Under the pieces are notes generated by a model. It was not told the DNA's origin. It did not search any database and saw nothing but the letters and a program-made list of their open reading frames with translations. The position numbers and the translations under genes were made by a program. Shown here piece after piece: positions 42,500-56,226 of a DNA stretch of 64,000 nt. Positions within the stretch are counted from its first letter, which is position 1; each line of letters starts with the position of its first letter. Source of the DNA: Eledone cirrhosa (lineage: Eukaryota); assembly GCA_964016885.1 (NCBI GenBank), contig OZ024740.1, positions 137,392,001-137,456,000 of the forward strand, given 5' to 3'.

Positions 42500-45400
42500 A
42501 TTCTCTCTTTCTCTTCTCACTTTTCCCCCAATCTCCAATTCAATTTTTCTCTTTAAACTTTTCCCCAACCTCCAATTCTCTCTTTCTCTTATCACTTTTC
42601 TCTCAATCTCCAATTCTCTCTTTCTCTTATCACTTTTCCCCCAATCTCTAATTCTCTCTTTCTCTTATCACTTTTCTCTCAATCTCCAATTCTCTCTTCC
42701 TCTTATCACTTTTCCCATAATCTCTAAATCTCTCTTTCTCTTATCACTTTTCTCTCAATCTACAATTCTCTCTTTCTCTTATCACTTTTCTGCCAATCTC
42801 CAATTCTCTCTTCCTCTTATCACTTTTCTTTCAATCCCCCATTCTCTCTCTCATCACTTTTCTCTGAATCTCCAATTCTCTATTTCTCTTATCACTTTTC
42901 TCTCAATCTCCAATTCTCTCTTTCTCTTATCACTTTTCTCTCAATCTCCAATTCTCTCTTTCTCTTATTAGTTTTCTCTCAATCTCCAATTCTCTCTTTC
43001 TCTTATCACTTTTATCTCAATGTCCAATTCTCTCTTTCTCTTATCACTTTTCTCTCAATCTTCAATTCTCTCTTTCTCTTATCACTTGTTCCCCAATCTA
43101 CAATTCTCTCTTTCTCTTATCACTTTTCTCTCAATCTCCAATTCTCTCTTTCTCTTATCACTTTTCCCCCAATCTCTAATTCTCTCTTTCTCTTATCACT
43201 TTTCTCTCAATCTCCAATTCTCTCTTTCTCTTATCACATTTCCCATAATCTCCAATTCTCTCTTTCTCTTATCACTTTTCTCTCAATCTCCAATTCTCTC
43301 TTTCTCTTATCACTTTTCTGCCAATCTCCAATTCTCTCTTTCTCTTATCACTTTTCTCTCAATCTCCAATTCTCTCTTTCTCTTATCACTTTTCTATCAA
43401 TCTCCAATTCTCTCTTTCTCTTATCACTTTTCTCTCAATCTCCAATTCTCTCTTTCTCTTATCACTTTTCTCTCAATCTCCAATTCTCTCTTTCTCTTAT
43501 CACTTTTCTCTCAATCTCCAATTCTCTCTTTCTCTTATCACTTTTCCCCTAATCTCCAATTCTCTCTTTCTCTTATCACTTTTCTCTCAATCTCCAATTC
43601 TCTCTTTCTCTCCTCACTTTTCTCTCAATCTCCAATTCTCTCTTTCTCTTATCACTTTTCCCCTAATCTCCAATTCTCTCTTTCTCTTATCACTTTTCCC
43701 CCAATCTCTAATTCTCTCTTTCTCTTATCACTTTTCTCTCAATCTCCAATTCTCTCTTTCTCTTATCACATTTCCCATAATCTCCAATTCTCTCTTTCTC
43801 TTATCACTTTTCTCTCAATCACTTTTCTCTCAGTCTCCAATTCTCTCTTTCTCTTATCACTTTTCTCTCAATCTCCAATTCTCTCTTTCTCTTATCACTT
43901 TTCTCTCAATCTCCAATTCTCTCTTTCTCTTATCACTTTTCTCTCAATCTCCAATTCTCTCTTTCTCTTATCACTTTTCTCTCAATCTCCAATTCTCTCT
44001 TTCTCTTATCACTTTTCCCCCAATAACCACTTCTCTCTTTCTCTTATCACTTTTCTCTCAATCTCCAATTCTCTCTTTCTCATATCCCTTTTCTCTCAAA
44101 CTCCAATTCTCTCTTTCTCTCATCACTTTTCTCTCAATCTCCAATTCTCTCTTTCTCTTATCACTTTTCTCTCAATCTCCAACTCTCGCTTTCTCTTATC
44201 CCTTTTCTCTCAATCTCCAATTATCTCTTTCTCTTATCACTTTTCTCTCAATCTCCAATTCTCTCTTTCTCTTCTCACTTTTCCCCCAATCTCCAATTCA
44301 ATTTTTCTCTTTACACTTTTCCCCAACCTCCAATTCTCTCTTTCTCTTATCACTTTTCTCTCAATCTCCAATTCTCTCTTTCTCTTATCACTTTTCCCCC
44401 AATCTCTAATTCTCTCTTTCTCTTATCACTTTTCTCTCAATCTCCAATTCTCTCTTTCTCTTATCACTTTTCCCATAATCTCTAATTCTCTCTTTCTCTT
44501 ATCACTTTTCTCTCAATCTCCAATTCTCTCTTTCTCTTATCACTTTTCTGCCAATCTCCAATTCTCTCTTCCTCTTATCACTTTTCTTTCAATCCCCCAT
44601 TCTCTCTCTCTCTTATCACTTTTCTCTGAATCTCCAATTCTCTATTTCTCTTATCACTTTTCTCTCAATCTCCAATTCTCTCTTTCTCTTATCACTTTTC
44701 TCTCAATCTCCAATTCTCTCTTTCTCTTATTAGTTTTCTCTCAATCTCCAATTCTCTCTTTCTCTTATCACTTTTATCTCAATGTCCAATTCTCTCTTTC
44801 TCTTATCACTTTTCTCTCAATCTGCAATTCTCTCTTTCTCTTATCACTTGTTCCCCAATCTACAATTCTCTCTTTCTCTTATCACTTTTCTCTCAATCTC
44901 CAATTCTCTCTTTCTCTTATCACTTTTCCCCCAATCTCTAATTCTCTCTTTCTCTTATCACTTTTCTCTCAATCTCCAATTCTCTCTTTCTCTTATCACA
45001 TTTCCCATAATCTCCAATTCTCTCTTTCTCTTATCACTTTTCTCTCAATCTCCAATTCTCTCTTTCTCTTATCACTTTTCTGCCAATCTCCAATTCTCTC
45101 TTTCTCTTATCACTTTTCTCTCAATCTCCAATTCTCTCTTTCTCTTATCACTTTTCTATCAATCTCCAATTCTCTCTTTCTCTTATCACTTTTCTCTCAA
45201 TCTCCAATTCTCTCTTTCTCTTATCACTTTTCTCTCAATCTCCAATTCTCTCTTTCTCTTATCACTTTTCTCTCAATCTCCAATTCTCTCTTTCTCTTAT
45301 CACTTTTCCCCTAATCTCCAATTCTCTCTTTCTCTTATCACTTTTCTCTCAATCTCCAATTCTCTCTTTCTCTTATTAGTTTTCTCTCAATCTCCAATTC

Positions 45401-48400
45401 TCTCTTTCTCTTATCACTTTTATCTCAATGTCCAATTCTCTCTTTCTCTTATCACTTTTCTCTCAATCTGCAATTCTCTCTTTCTCTTATCACTTGTTCC
45501 CCAATCTACAATTCTCTCTTTCTCTTATCACTTTTCTCTGAATCTCCAACTCTCTCTTTCTCTTATCACTTTTCCCCCAATCTCTAATTCTCTCTTTCTC
45601 TTATCACTTTTCTCTCAATCTCCAATTCTCTCTTTCTCTTATCACATTTCCCATAATCTCCAATTCTCTCTTTCTCTTATCACTTTTCTCTCAATCTCCA
45701 ATTCTCTCTTTCTCTTATCACTTTTCTGCCAATCTCCAATTCTCTCTTTCTCTTATCACTTTTCTCTCAATCTCCAATTCTCTCTTTCTCTTATCACTTT
45801 TCTCTCAATCTCCAATTCTCTCTTTCTCTTATCACTTTTCTATCAATCTCCAATTCTCTCTTTCTCTTATCACTTTCCTCTCAATCTCCAATTCTCTCTT
45901 TCTCTTATCACTTTTCTCTCAATCTCCAATTCTCTCTTTCTCATATCCCTTTTCTCTCAAACTCCAATTCTCTCTTTCTCTCATCACTTATCTCTCAATC
46001 TCCAATTCTCTCTTTCTCTTATCACTTTTCTCTCAATATCCAACTCTCGATTTCTCTTATCCCTTTTCTCTCAATCTCCAATTATCTCTTTCTCTTATCA
46101 CTTTTCTCTCAATCTCCAATTCTCTCTTTCTCTTCTCACTTTTCCCCCAATCTCCAATTCAATTTTTCTCTTTACACTTTTCCCCAACCTCCAATTCTCT
46201 CTTTCTCTTATCACTTTTCTCTCAATCTCCAATTCTCTCTTTCTCTTATCACTTTTCCCCCAATCTCTAATTCTCTCTTTCTCTTATCACTTTTCTCTCA
46301 ATCTCCAATTCTCTCTTTCTCTTATCACTTTTCCCATAATCTCTAATTCTCTCTTTCTCTTATCACTTTTCTCTCAATCTCCAATTCTCTCTTTCTCTTA
46401 TCACTTTTCTGCCAATCTCCAATTCTCTCTTCCTCTTATCACTTTTCTTTCAATCCCCCATTCTCTCTCTCTCTTATCACTTTTCTCTGAATCTCCAATT
46501 CTCTATTTCTCTTATCACTTTTCTCTCAATCTCCAATTCTCTCTTTCTCTTATCACTTTTCTCTCAATCTCCAATTCTCTCTTTCTCTTATTAGTTTTCT
46601 CTCAATCTCCAATTCTCTCTTTCTCTTATCACTTTTATCTCAATGTCCAATTCTCTCTTTCTCTTATCACTTTTCTCTCAATCTGCAATTCTCTCTTTCT
46701 CTTATCACTTGTTCCCCAATCTACAATTCTCTCTTTCTCTTATCACTTTTCTCTCAATCTCCAATTCTCTCTTTCTCTTATCACTTTTCCCCCAATCTCT
46801 AATTCTCTCTTTCTCTTATCACTTTTCTCTCAATCTCCAATTCTCTCTTTCTCTTATCACATTTCCCATAATCTCCAATTCTCTCTTTCTCTTATCACTT
46901 TTCTCTCAATCTCCAATTCTCTCTTTCTCTTATCACTTTTCTGCCAATCTCCAATTCTCTCTTTCTCTTATCACTTTTCTCTCAATCTCCAATTCTCTCT
47001 TTCTCTTATCACTTTTCTATCAATCTCCAATTCTCTCTTTCTCTTATCACTTTTCTCTCAATCTCCAATTCTCTCTTTCTCTTATCACTTTTCTCTCAAT
47101 CTCCAATTCTCTCTTTCTCTTATCACTTTTCTCTCAATCTCCAATTCTCTCTTTCTCTTATCACTTTTCCCCTAATCTCCAATTCTCTCTTTCTCTTATC
47201 ACTTTTCTCTCAATCTCCAATTCTCTCTTTCTCTTATTAGTTTTCTCTCAATCTCCAATTCTCTCTTTCTCTTATCACTTTTATCTCAATGTCCAATTCT
47301 CTCTTTCTCTTATCACTTTTCTCTCAATCTGCAATTCTCTCTTTCTCTTATCACTTGTTCCCCAATCTACAATTCTCTCTTTCTCTTATCACTTTTCTCT
47401 GAATCTCCAACTCTCTCTTTCTCTTATCACTTTTCCCCCAATCTCTAATTCTCTCTTTCTCTTATCACTTTTCTCTCAATCTCCAATTCTCTCTTTCTCT
47501 TATCACATTTCCCATAATCTCCAATTCTCTCTTTCTCTTATCACTTTTCTCTCAATCTCCAATTCTCTCTTTCTCTTATCACTTTTCTGCCAATCTCCAA
47601 TTCTCTCTTTCTCTTATCACTTTTCTCTCAATCTCCAATTCTCTCTTTCTCTTATCACTTTTCTCTCAATCTCCAATTCTCTCTTTCTCTTATCACTTTT
47701 CTCTCAATCTCCAATTCTCTCTTTCTCTTATCACTTTCCTCTCAATCTCCAATTCTCTCTTTCTCTTATCACTTTTCTCCCAATCTCCAATTCTCTCTTT
47801 CTCTTATCACTTTTCCCCCAATAACCACTTCTCTCTTTCTCTTATCACTCTTCTCTCAATCTCCAATTCTCTCTTTCTCATATCCCTTTTCTCTCAAACT
47901 CCAATTCTCTCTTTCTCTCATCACTTATCTCTCAATCTCCAATTCTCTCTTTCTCTTATCACTTTTCTCTCAATATCCAACTCTCGATTTCTCTTATCCC
48001 TTTTCTCTCAATCTCCAATTATCTCTTTCTCTTATCACTTTTCTCTCAATCTCCAATTCTCTCTTTCTCTTCTCACTTTTCCCCCAATCTCCAATTCAAT
48101 TTTTCTCTTTACACTTTTCCCCAACCTCCAATTCTCTCTTTCTCTTATCACTTTTCTCTCAATCTCCAATTCTCTCTTTCTCTTATCACTTTTCCCCCAA
48201 TCTCTAATTCTCTCTTTCTCTTATCACTTTTCTCTCAATCTCCAATTCTCTCTTTCTCTTATCACTTTTCCCATAATCTCTAATTCTCTCTTTCTCTTAT
48301 CACTTTTCTCTCAATCTCCAATTCTCTCTTTCTCTTATCACTTTTCTGCCAATCTCCAATTCTCTCTTCCTCTTATCACTTTTCTTTCAATCCCCCATTC

Positions 48401-49100
48401 TCTCTCTCTCTTATAACTTTTCTCTGAATCTCCAATTCTCTATTTCTCTTATCACTTTTCTCTCAATCTCCAATTCTCTCTTTCTCTTATCACTTTTCTC
48501 TCAATCTCCAATTCTCTCTTTCTCTTATTAGTTTTCTCTCAATCTCCAATTCTCTCTTTCTCTTATCACTTTTATCTCAATGTCCAATTCTCTCTTTCTC
48601 TTATCACTTTTCTCTCAATCTGCAATTCTCTCTTTCTCTTATCACTTGTTCCCCAATCTACAATTCTCTCTTTCTCTTATCACTTTTCTCTCAATCTCCA
48701 ATTCTCTCTTTCTCTTATCACTTTTCCCCCAATCTCTAATTCTCTCTTTCTCTTATCACTTTTCTCTCAATCTCCAATTCTCTCTTTCTCTTATCACATT
48801 TCCCATAATCTCCAATTCTCTCTTTCTCTTATCACTTTTCTCTCAATCTCCAATTCTCTCTTTCTCTTATCACTTTTCTGCCAATCTCCAATTCTCTCTT
48901 TCTCTTATCACTTTTCTCTCAATCTCCAATTCTCTCTTTCTCTTATCACTTTTCTATCAATCTCCAATTCTCTCTTTCTCTTATCACTTTTCTCTCAATC
49001 TCCAATTCTCTCTTTCTCTTATCACTTTTCTCTCAATCTCCAATTCTCTCTTTCTCTTATCACTTTTCTCTCAATCTCCAATTCTCTCTTTCTCTTATCA
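42500..49100 (+). repeat. About 1.8-1.9-kb higher-order repeat, about 3.5 copies, with an internal 646-bp (17-monomer) sub-duplication
   Basis: The AATGTCC marker is at 43019, 44781, 45427, 46642, 47288 and 48579. ORF starts 43020/44782/46643/48580 have spacings 1762, 1861 and 1937 (=1861+76). 45427-44781 = 47288-46642 = 646 = 17x38. Confidence 0.85.
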
Positions 49101-51480
49101 CTTTTCCCCTAATCTCCAATTCTCTCTTTCTCTTATCACTTTTCCCCCAATCTCCAATTCTCTCTTTCTCTCCTCACTTTTCTCTCAATCTGCAATTCTC
49201 TCTTTCTCTTATCCATTTTCTCACAATCTGCAATTCTCTCTTTCTTTTCTCACTTTTCCCCCAATCTCCAATTCTCTCTTTCTCTTCACACTTTTCCCCC
49301 AATCTCCAATTCTCTCTTTCTCTTATCACTTTTCTCTCAATCTCCAATTTTCTCTTTCTCTTATCACTTTTCTCTCAATCTCCAATTCTCTCTTTCTCTT
49401 ATCACCTTTCTCTCAATCTCCAACTCTCTCTTTCTCTTATCCCTTTTCTCTCAATCTCCAATTCTCTCTTTCTCTTCTCACTTTTCTCTCAATCTCCAAT
49501 CCTCTCTTTCTGTTCTCAGTTTTCCCCCAATCTCCAATTCTCTATTTCTCTTATCACTTTTCTCTCAATCTCCAATTCTCTCTTTCTCTTATCACTTTTC
49601 CCCCAATATCCACTTCTCTCTTTCTCTTATCACTTTTCTCTCAATCTCCAATTCTCTCTTTCTCATATCACTTTTCTCTCAAACTCCAATTCTCTCTTTC
49701 TCTCATCACTTTTCTCTCAATCTCCAATTCTCTCTTTCTCTTATCACTTTTCTCTCAATCTCCAACTCTCTCTTTCTCTTATCCCTTTTCTCTCAATCTC
49801 CAATTATCTCTTTCTTTTATCACTATTCTCTCAATCTCCAATTCTCTCTTTCTCTTCTCACTTTTCCCCCCAATCTCCAATTCAATTTTTCACTTTACAC
49901 CTTTCCCCAACCTCCAAATCTCTCTTTCTCTTATCACTTTTCTCTCAATCTCCAATTCTCTCTTTCTCTTTTCACTTTTCCCCCAATCTCTAATTCTCTC
50001 TTTCTCTTATCACTTTTCTCTCAATCTCCAATTCTCTCTTTCTCTTATCACTTTTCCCATAATCTCTAATTCTCTCTTTCTCTTATCACTTTTCTCTCAA
50101 TCTCCAATTCTCTCTTTCTCTTATCACTTTTCTGCCAATCTCCAATTCTCTCTTTCTCTTATCACTTTTCTTTCAATCCCCCATTCTCTCTCTCTCTTAT
50201 CACTTTTCTCTGAATCTCCAATTCTCTATTTCTCTTATCACTTTTCTCTCAATCTCCAATTCTCTCTTTCTCTTATCACTTTTCTCTCAATCTCCAATTC
50301 TCTCTTTCTCTTATTAGTTTTCTCTCAATCTCCAATTCTCTCTTTCTCTTATCACTTTTATCTCAATCTCCAATTCTCTCTTTCTCTTATCACTTTTCTC
50401 TCAATCTCCAATTCTCTCTTTCTCTTATCACTTGTTCCCCAATCTACAATTCTCTCTTTCTCTTATCACTTTTCTCTCAATCTCCAATTCTCTCTTTCTC
50501 TTATCACTTTTCCCCCAATCTCTAATTCTCTCTTTCTCTTATCACTTTTCTCTCAATCTCCAATTCTCTCTTTCTCTTATCACATTTCCCATAATCTCCA
50601 ATTCTCTCTTTCTCTTATCACTTTTCTCTCAATCACTTTTCTCTCAGTCTCCAATTCTCTCTTTCTCTTATCACTTTTCTCTCAATCTCCAATTCTCTCT
50701 TTCTCTTATCACTTTTCTCTCAATCTCCAATTCTCTCTTTCTCTTATCACTTTCCTCTCAATCTCCAATTCTCTCTTTCTCTTATCACTTTTCTCTCAAT
50801 CTCCAATTCTCTCTTTCTCTTATCACTTTTCCCCCAATAACCACTTCTCTCTTTCTCTTATCACTTTTCTCTCAATCTCCAATTCTCTCTTTCTCATATC
50901 CCTTTTCTCTCAAACTCCAATTCTCTCTTTCTCTCATCACTTTTCTCTCAATCTCCAATTCTCTCTTTCTCTTATCACTTTTCTCTCAATCTCCAACTCT
51001 CGCTTTCTCTTATCCCTTTTCTCTCAATCTCCAATTATCTCTTTCTCTTATCACTTTTCTCTCAATCTCCAATTCTCTCTTTCTGTTCTCAGTTTTCCCC
51101 CAATCTCCAATTCAATTTTTCTCTTTACACTTTTCCCCAACCTCCAATTCTCTCTTTCTCTTATCACTTTTCTCTCAATCTCCAATTCTCTCTTTCTCTT
51201 ATCACTTTTCCCCCAATCTCTAATTCTCTCTTTCTCTTATCACTTTTCTCTCAATCTCCAATTCTCTCTTTCTCTTATCACTTTTCCCATAATCTCTAAT
51301 TCTCTCTTTCTCTTATCACTTTTCTCTCAATCTCCAATTCTCTCTTTCTCTTATCACTTTTCTGCCAATCTCCAATTCTCTCTTCCTCTTATCACTTTTC
51401 TCTCAATCCCCCATTCTCTCTCTCTCTTATCACTTTTCTCTGAATCTCCAATTCTCTATTTCTCTTATCACTTTTCTCTC

Positions 51481-54400
51481 AATCTCCAATTCTCTCTTTC
51501 TCTTATCACTTTTCTCTCAATCTCCAATTCTCTCTTTCTCTTATTAGTTTTCTCTCAATCTCCAATTCTCTCTTTCTCTTATCACTTTTATCTCAATGTC
51601 CAATTCTCTCTTTCTCTTATCACTTTTCTCTCAATCTGCAATTCTCTCTTTCTCTTATCACTTGTTTCCCAATCTACAATTCTCTCTTTCTCTTATCACT
51701 TTTCCCCCAATCTCTAATTCTCTCTTTCTCTTATCACTTTTCTCTCAATCTCCAATTCTCTCTTTCTCTTATCACATTTCCCATAATCTCCAATTCTCTC
51801 TTTCTCTTATCACTTTTCTCTCAATCTCCAATTCTCTCTTTCTCTTATCACTTTTCTGCCAATCTCCAATTCTCTCTTTCTCTTATCACTTTTCTCTCAA
51901 TCTCCAATTCTCTCTTTCTCTTATCACTTTTCTATCAATCTCCAATTCTCTCTTTCTCTTATCACTTTTCTCTCAATCTCCAATTCTCTCTTTCTCTTAT
52001 CACTTTTCTCTCAATTTTCAATTCTCTCTTTCTCTTATCACTTTTCTCTCAATCTCCAATTCTCTCTTTCTCTTATCACTTTTCCCCTAATCTCCAATTC
52101 TCTCTTTCTCTTATCACTTTTCTCTCAATCTCCAATTCTCTCTTTCTCTCCTCACTTTTCTCTCAATCTGCAATTCTCTCTTTCTCTTATCCATTTTCTC
52201 TCAATCTGCAATTCTCTCTTTCTTTTCTCACTTTTCCCCCAATCTCCAATTCTCTCTTTCTCTTCACACTTTTCCCCCAATCTCCAATTCTCTCTTTCTC
52301 TTATCACTTTTCTCTCAATCTCCAATTTTCTCTTTCTCTTATCACTTTTCTCTCAATCTCCAATTCTCTCTTTCTCTTATCACCTTTCTCTCAATCTCCA
52401 ACTCTCTCTTTCTCTTATCCCTTTTCTCTCAATCTCCAATTCTCTCTTTCTCTTCTCACTTTTCTCTCAATCTCCAATCCTCTCTTTCTGTTCTCAGTTT
52501 TCCCCCAATCTCCAATTCTCTATTTCTCTTATCACTTTTCTCTCAATCTCCAATTCTCTCTTTCTCTTATCACTTTTCCCCCAATCTCCAATTCTCTCTT
52601 TCTCTAATCACTTTTCTCTCAATTTCCAATTCTCTCTTTCTCTTATCACTTTTCTCTCAATCTCCAATTCTCTCTTTCTCTTCTCACTTTATTCCCAATC
52701 TCCAATACTCTCTTTCTCTTCTCACATTTCCCCCAATCTCCAATTCTCTCTTTCTCTCATCACGTTTCTCTCAATCTCCAATTCTCTCTTTCTCTCCTCA
52801 CTTTTCTGTGAATCTCCAATTCTCTCTTTATCTACTCACTTTTCTCTCAATCTCCAAACCTCTCTTTCTGTTCTCAGTTTACTCCCAATCTCCAATTCTC
52901 TCTTTCTCTTATCACTTTTCTCTCAATCTCCAATTCTCTCTTTCTCTTATCACTTTTCCCTCAATCTCCGATTCACTCTTTCTATTATCACTTTTCTCTC
53001 AATCTCCAATTCTCTCTTTCACTTATCACTTTTTTCTCAATCTCCAATTCTCTCTTTCTCTTATCACTTTACCCCCAATCTCCAATTCTCTCTTTCTCTT
53101 ATGCCTTTTCTCTCAATCTCCAATTCTCTCTTTCTTTTCTCACTTTTCCCCCAATCTCCAATTCTCTCTTTCTCTTCACACTTTTCCCCCAATCTCCAAT
53201 TCTCTCTTTCTCTTATCACTTTCCCCCCAATCTCCAATTCTCTCTTTCTCTTATCACTTTGCCCCCAATCTCCAATTCTCTCTTTCTCTAATCACTTTTC
53301 CCCCAATCTCCAATTCTCTCTTTCTCTTCTCACTTTTCCCCCAATCTCCAATTCTCTCTTTCTCTCATCACTTTTCTCTCAATCTCCAATTCTCTCTTTC
53401 TCTTCTCACTTTTCTCTGAATCTCCAATTCTCTCTTTATCTTCTCACTTTTCTCTCAATCTCCAATCCTCTCTTTCTGTTCTCAGTTTACCCCCAATCTC
53501 CAATTGTCTCTTTCTCTCATCACTTTTCTCTCAATCTCCAATTCGCTCTTTCTCTTATCACTTTTCTCTCAATCTCCAATTCTCTCTTTCTCTTATCACT
53601 TTTCCCCTATCTCCAATTCTCTCTTTCTCTTATCACTTTTATCTCAATCTCCAATTCTATCTTTCTCTTATCACTTTTCTCTCAATCTCCAATTCTCTCT
53701 TTCTCTTCTCACTTTTCCCCCAATCTCCAATTCTCTCTTCCTCTTCTCACATTTCCCCCAATCTCCAATTCTCTCTTTCTCTCCTCACTATTCTCTGAAT
53801 CTCCAATTCTCTCTTTATCTTCTCACTTTTCTCTCAATCTCCAATCCTCTCTTTCTGTTCTCAGTTTACTCCCAATCTCCAATTCTCTCTTTCTCTTATC
53901 ACTTTTCCCCCAATCTCCAATTCTCTCTTTCTATTATCACTTTTCTCTCAATCTCCAATTCTCTCTTTCTCTTATCACCTTTCCCCCAATCTCCAATTCT
54001 CTCTTTCTCTTATCACTTTTCTCTAAATCTCCAATTCTCTCTTTCTCTTATGACTTTTCCCCCAATCTCCAATTCTCTCTTTCTGTTATCAATTTTCTCT
54101 CAATCTCCAATTCTTTATTTCTCTTATCACTTTTCTCTCAATCTCCAATTCTCTCTTTCACTTATCATTTTTTTCTCAATCTCCAATTCTCTCTTTCTCT
54201 TATCACTTTTCTGCCAATCTCCAATTCTCTCTTTCTCTTATCACTTTTCTCTCAATCTCCAATTCTCTCTTTCTCTTATCACTTTTCTCTCAATCTCCAC
54301 TTCTCTCTTTCTGTTCTCAGTTTACCCCCAATCTCCAATTCTCTCTTTCTCTCATCACTTTTCTCTCCATCTCCAATTCTCTCTTTCTCTTCTCACTTTT

Positions 54401-56226
54401 CCTCCAATCTCCAATTCTCTCTTTCTCTTCTCACTTTTCCCCCAATCTCCAATTCTCTCTTTCTCTAATCACTTTTCTCTCAATCTCCAATTCTCTCTTT
54501 CTCTTATCACTTTTCTCTCAATCTCCAATTCTCTCTTTCTCTTATCACTTTTCCCCCATCTCCAATTCTCTCTTTCTCTTATCACTTTTCTCTCAATCTC
54601 CAAATCTCTCTTTCTCTTATCACTTTTCTCTCAATCTCCAAATCTCTCTTTCTCAAATCACTTTTCTCTCAATCTCCTATTCTCTCTTTCTCTTATCACT
54701 TTTCTCTCAATCTCCAATTCCCTCTTTCTATTATCACTTTTCTCTCAATCTCTAATTCTCTCTTTCTCTTATCACTTTTCTCTCAATCTCCAATTCTCTC
54801 TTTCACTTATCACTTTTCTCTCAATCTCCAATTATCTCTTTCTCTTATCACTTTTCCCCCCAATCTCCAATTCTGTATTTCTCTTATCACTTTTCTCTCA
54901 CTCTCCAATTCTCTCTTTCTCTTATGACTTTTCCCCCAATCTCCAATTCTCTCTTTCTCTTATCCCTTTTCTCTCAATCACCAATCCTCTCTTTCTTTCT
55001 CACTTTTCCCCCAATCTCCAATTCTCTCTTTCACTTATCACTTTTCTCTCAATCTCCAATTCTCTCTTTCTCTTATCACTTTTCCCCCAATCTCCAATTC
55101 TCTCTTTCTCTTATCCCTTTTCTCTCAATCACCAATCCTCTCTTTCTTTCTCACTTTTCCCCCAATCTCCAATTCTCTCTTTCTCTTCTCACTTTTCCCC
55201 CAATCTCCAATTCTCTCTTTCTCTTCTCACATTTCCCCCAATCTCCAATTCTCTCTTTCTCTTATCACTTTTCTCTCAATCTCCAATCCTCTCTTTCAGT
55301 TCTCAGTTTACTCCTAATCTCCAATCTCTCTTTCTCTCATCACTTTTATCTCAATCTCCAATTCTCTCTTTCTCTCCTCACTATTCTCTGAATCTCCAAT
55401 TCTCTCTTTATCTTCTCACTTTTCTCTCCATCTCCAATCCTCTCTTTCTGTTCTCAGTTTACTCCCAATCTCCAATTCTCTCTTTCTCTTATCACTTTTC
55501 CCCCAATCTCCAATTCTCTCTTTCTATTATCACTTTTCTCTCTATCTCCAATTCTCCCTTTCTCTTATCACCTTTCCCCCAATCTCCAATTCTCTCTTTC
55601 TCTTATCACTTTTCTCTAAATCTCCAATTCTCTCTTTCTCTTATGACTTTTCCCCCAATCTCCAATTCTCTCTTTCCGTTATCAATTTTCTCTCAATCTC
55701 CAATTCTTTATTTCTCTTATCACTTTTCTCTCAATCTCCAATTCTCTCTTTCACTTATCATTTTTTTCTCAATCTCCAATTCTCTCTTTCTCTTATCACT
55801 TTTCTCTCCATCTCAAATTCTCTCTTTCTCTTCTCACTTTTCCCCCAATCTCCAATTCTCTCTTTCTCTTCTCACTTTCCCCCAATCTCCAATTCTCTCT
55901 TTCTCTCATCACTTTTCTCTCAATCTCCAATTCTCTCTTTCTCTTATCACTTTTCTCTCAATCTCCAATTCTCTCTTTCTCTTATCACTTTTCTCTCAAT
56001 CTCCAATTCTCTCTTTCTCAAATCACTTTTCTCTCAATCTCCTATTCTCTCTTTCTCTTATCACTTTTCTCTCAATCTCCAATTCCCTCTTTCTCTTATC
56101 ACTTTTCTCTCAATCTCTAATTCTCTCTTTCTCTTATCACTTTTCTCTCAATCTCCAAATCTCTCTTTCACTTATCACTTTTCTCTCAATCTCCAATTCT
56201 CTCTTTCTATTATCACTTTTCCCTCC
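51481..56226 (+). repeat. 4746-bp tandem duplication, copy 1 (about 125 monomers)
   Basis: ORF pairs 51596/56342, 52808/57554, 53101/57847, 53504/58250 and 54924/59670 are all exactly 4746 apart, with matching translations over the shared span. TTATTAG occurs at 51541/56287. Confidence 0.95.
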
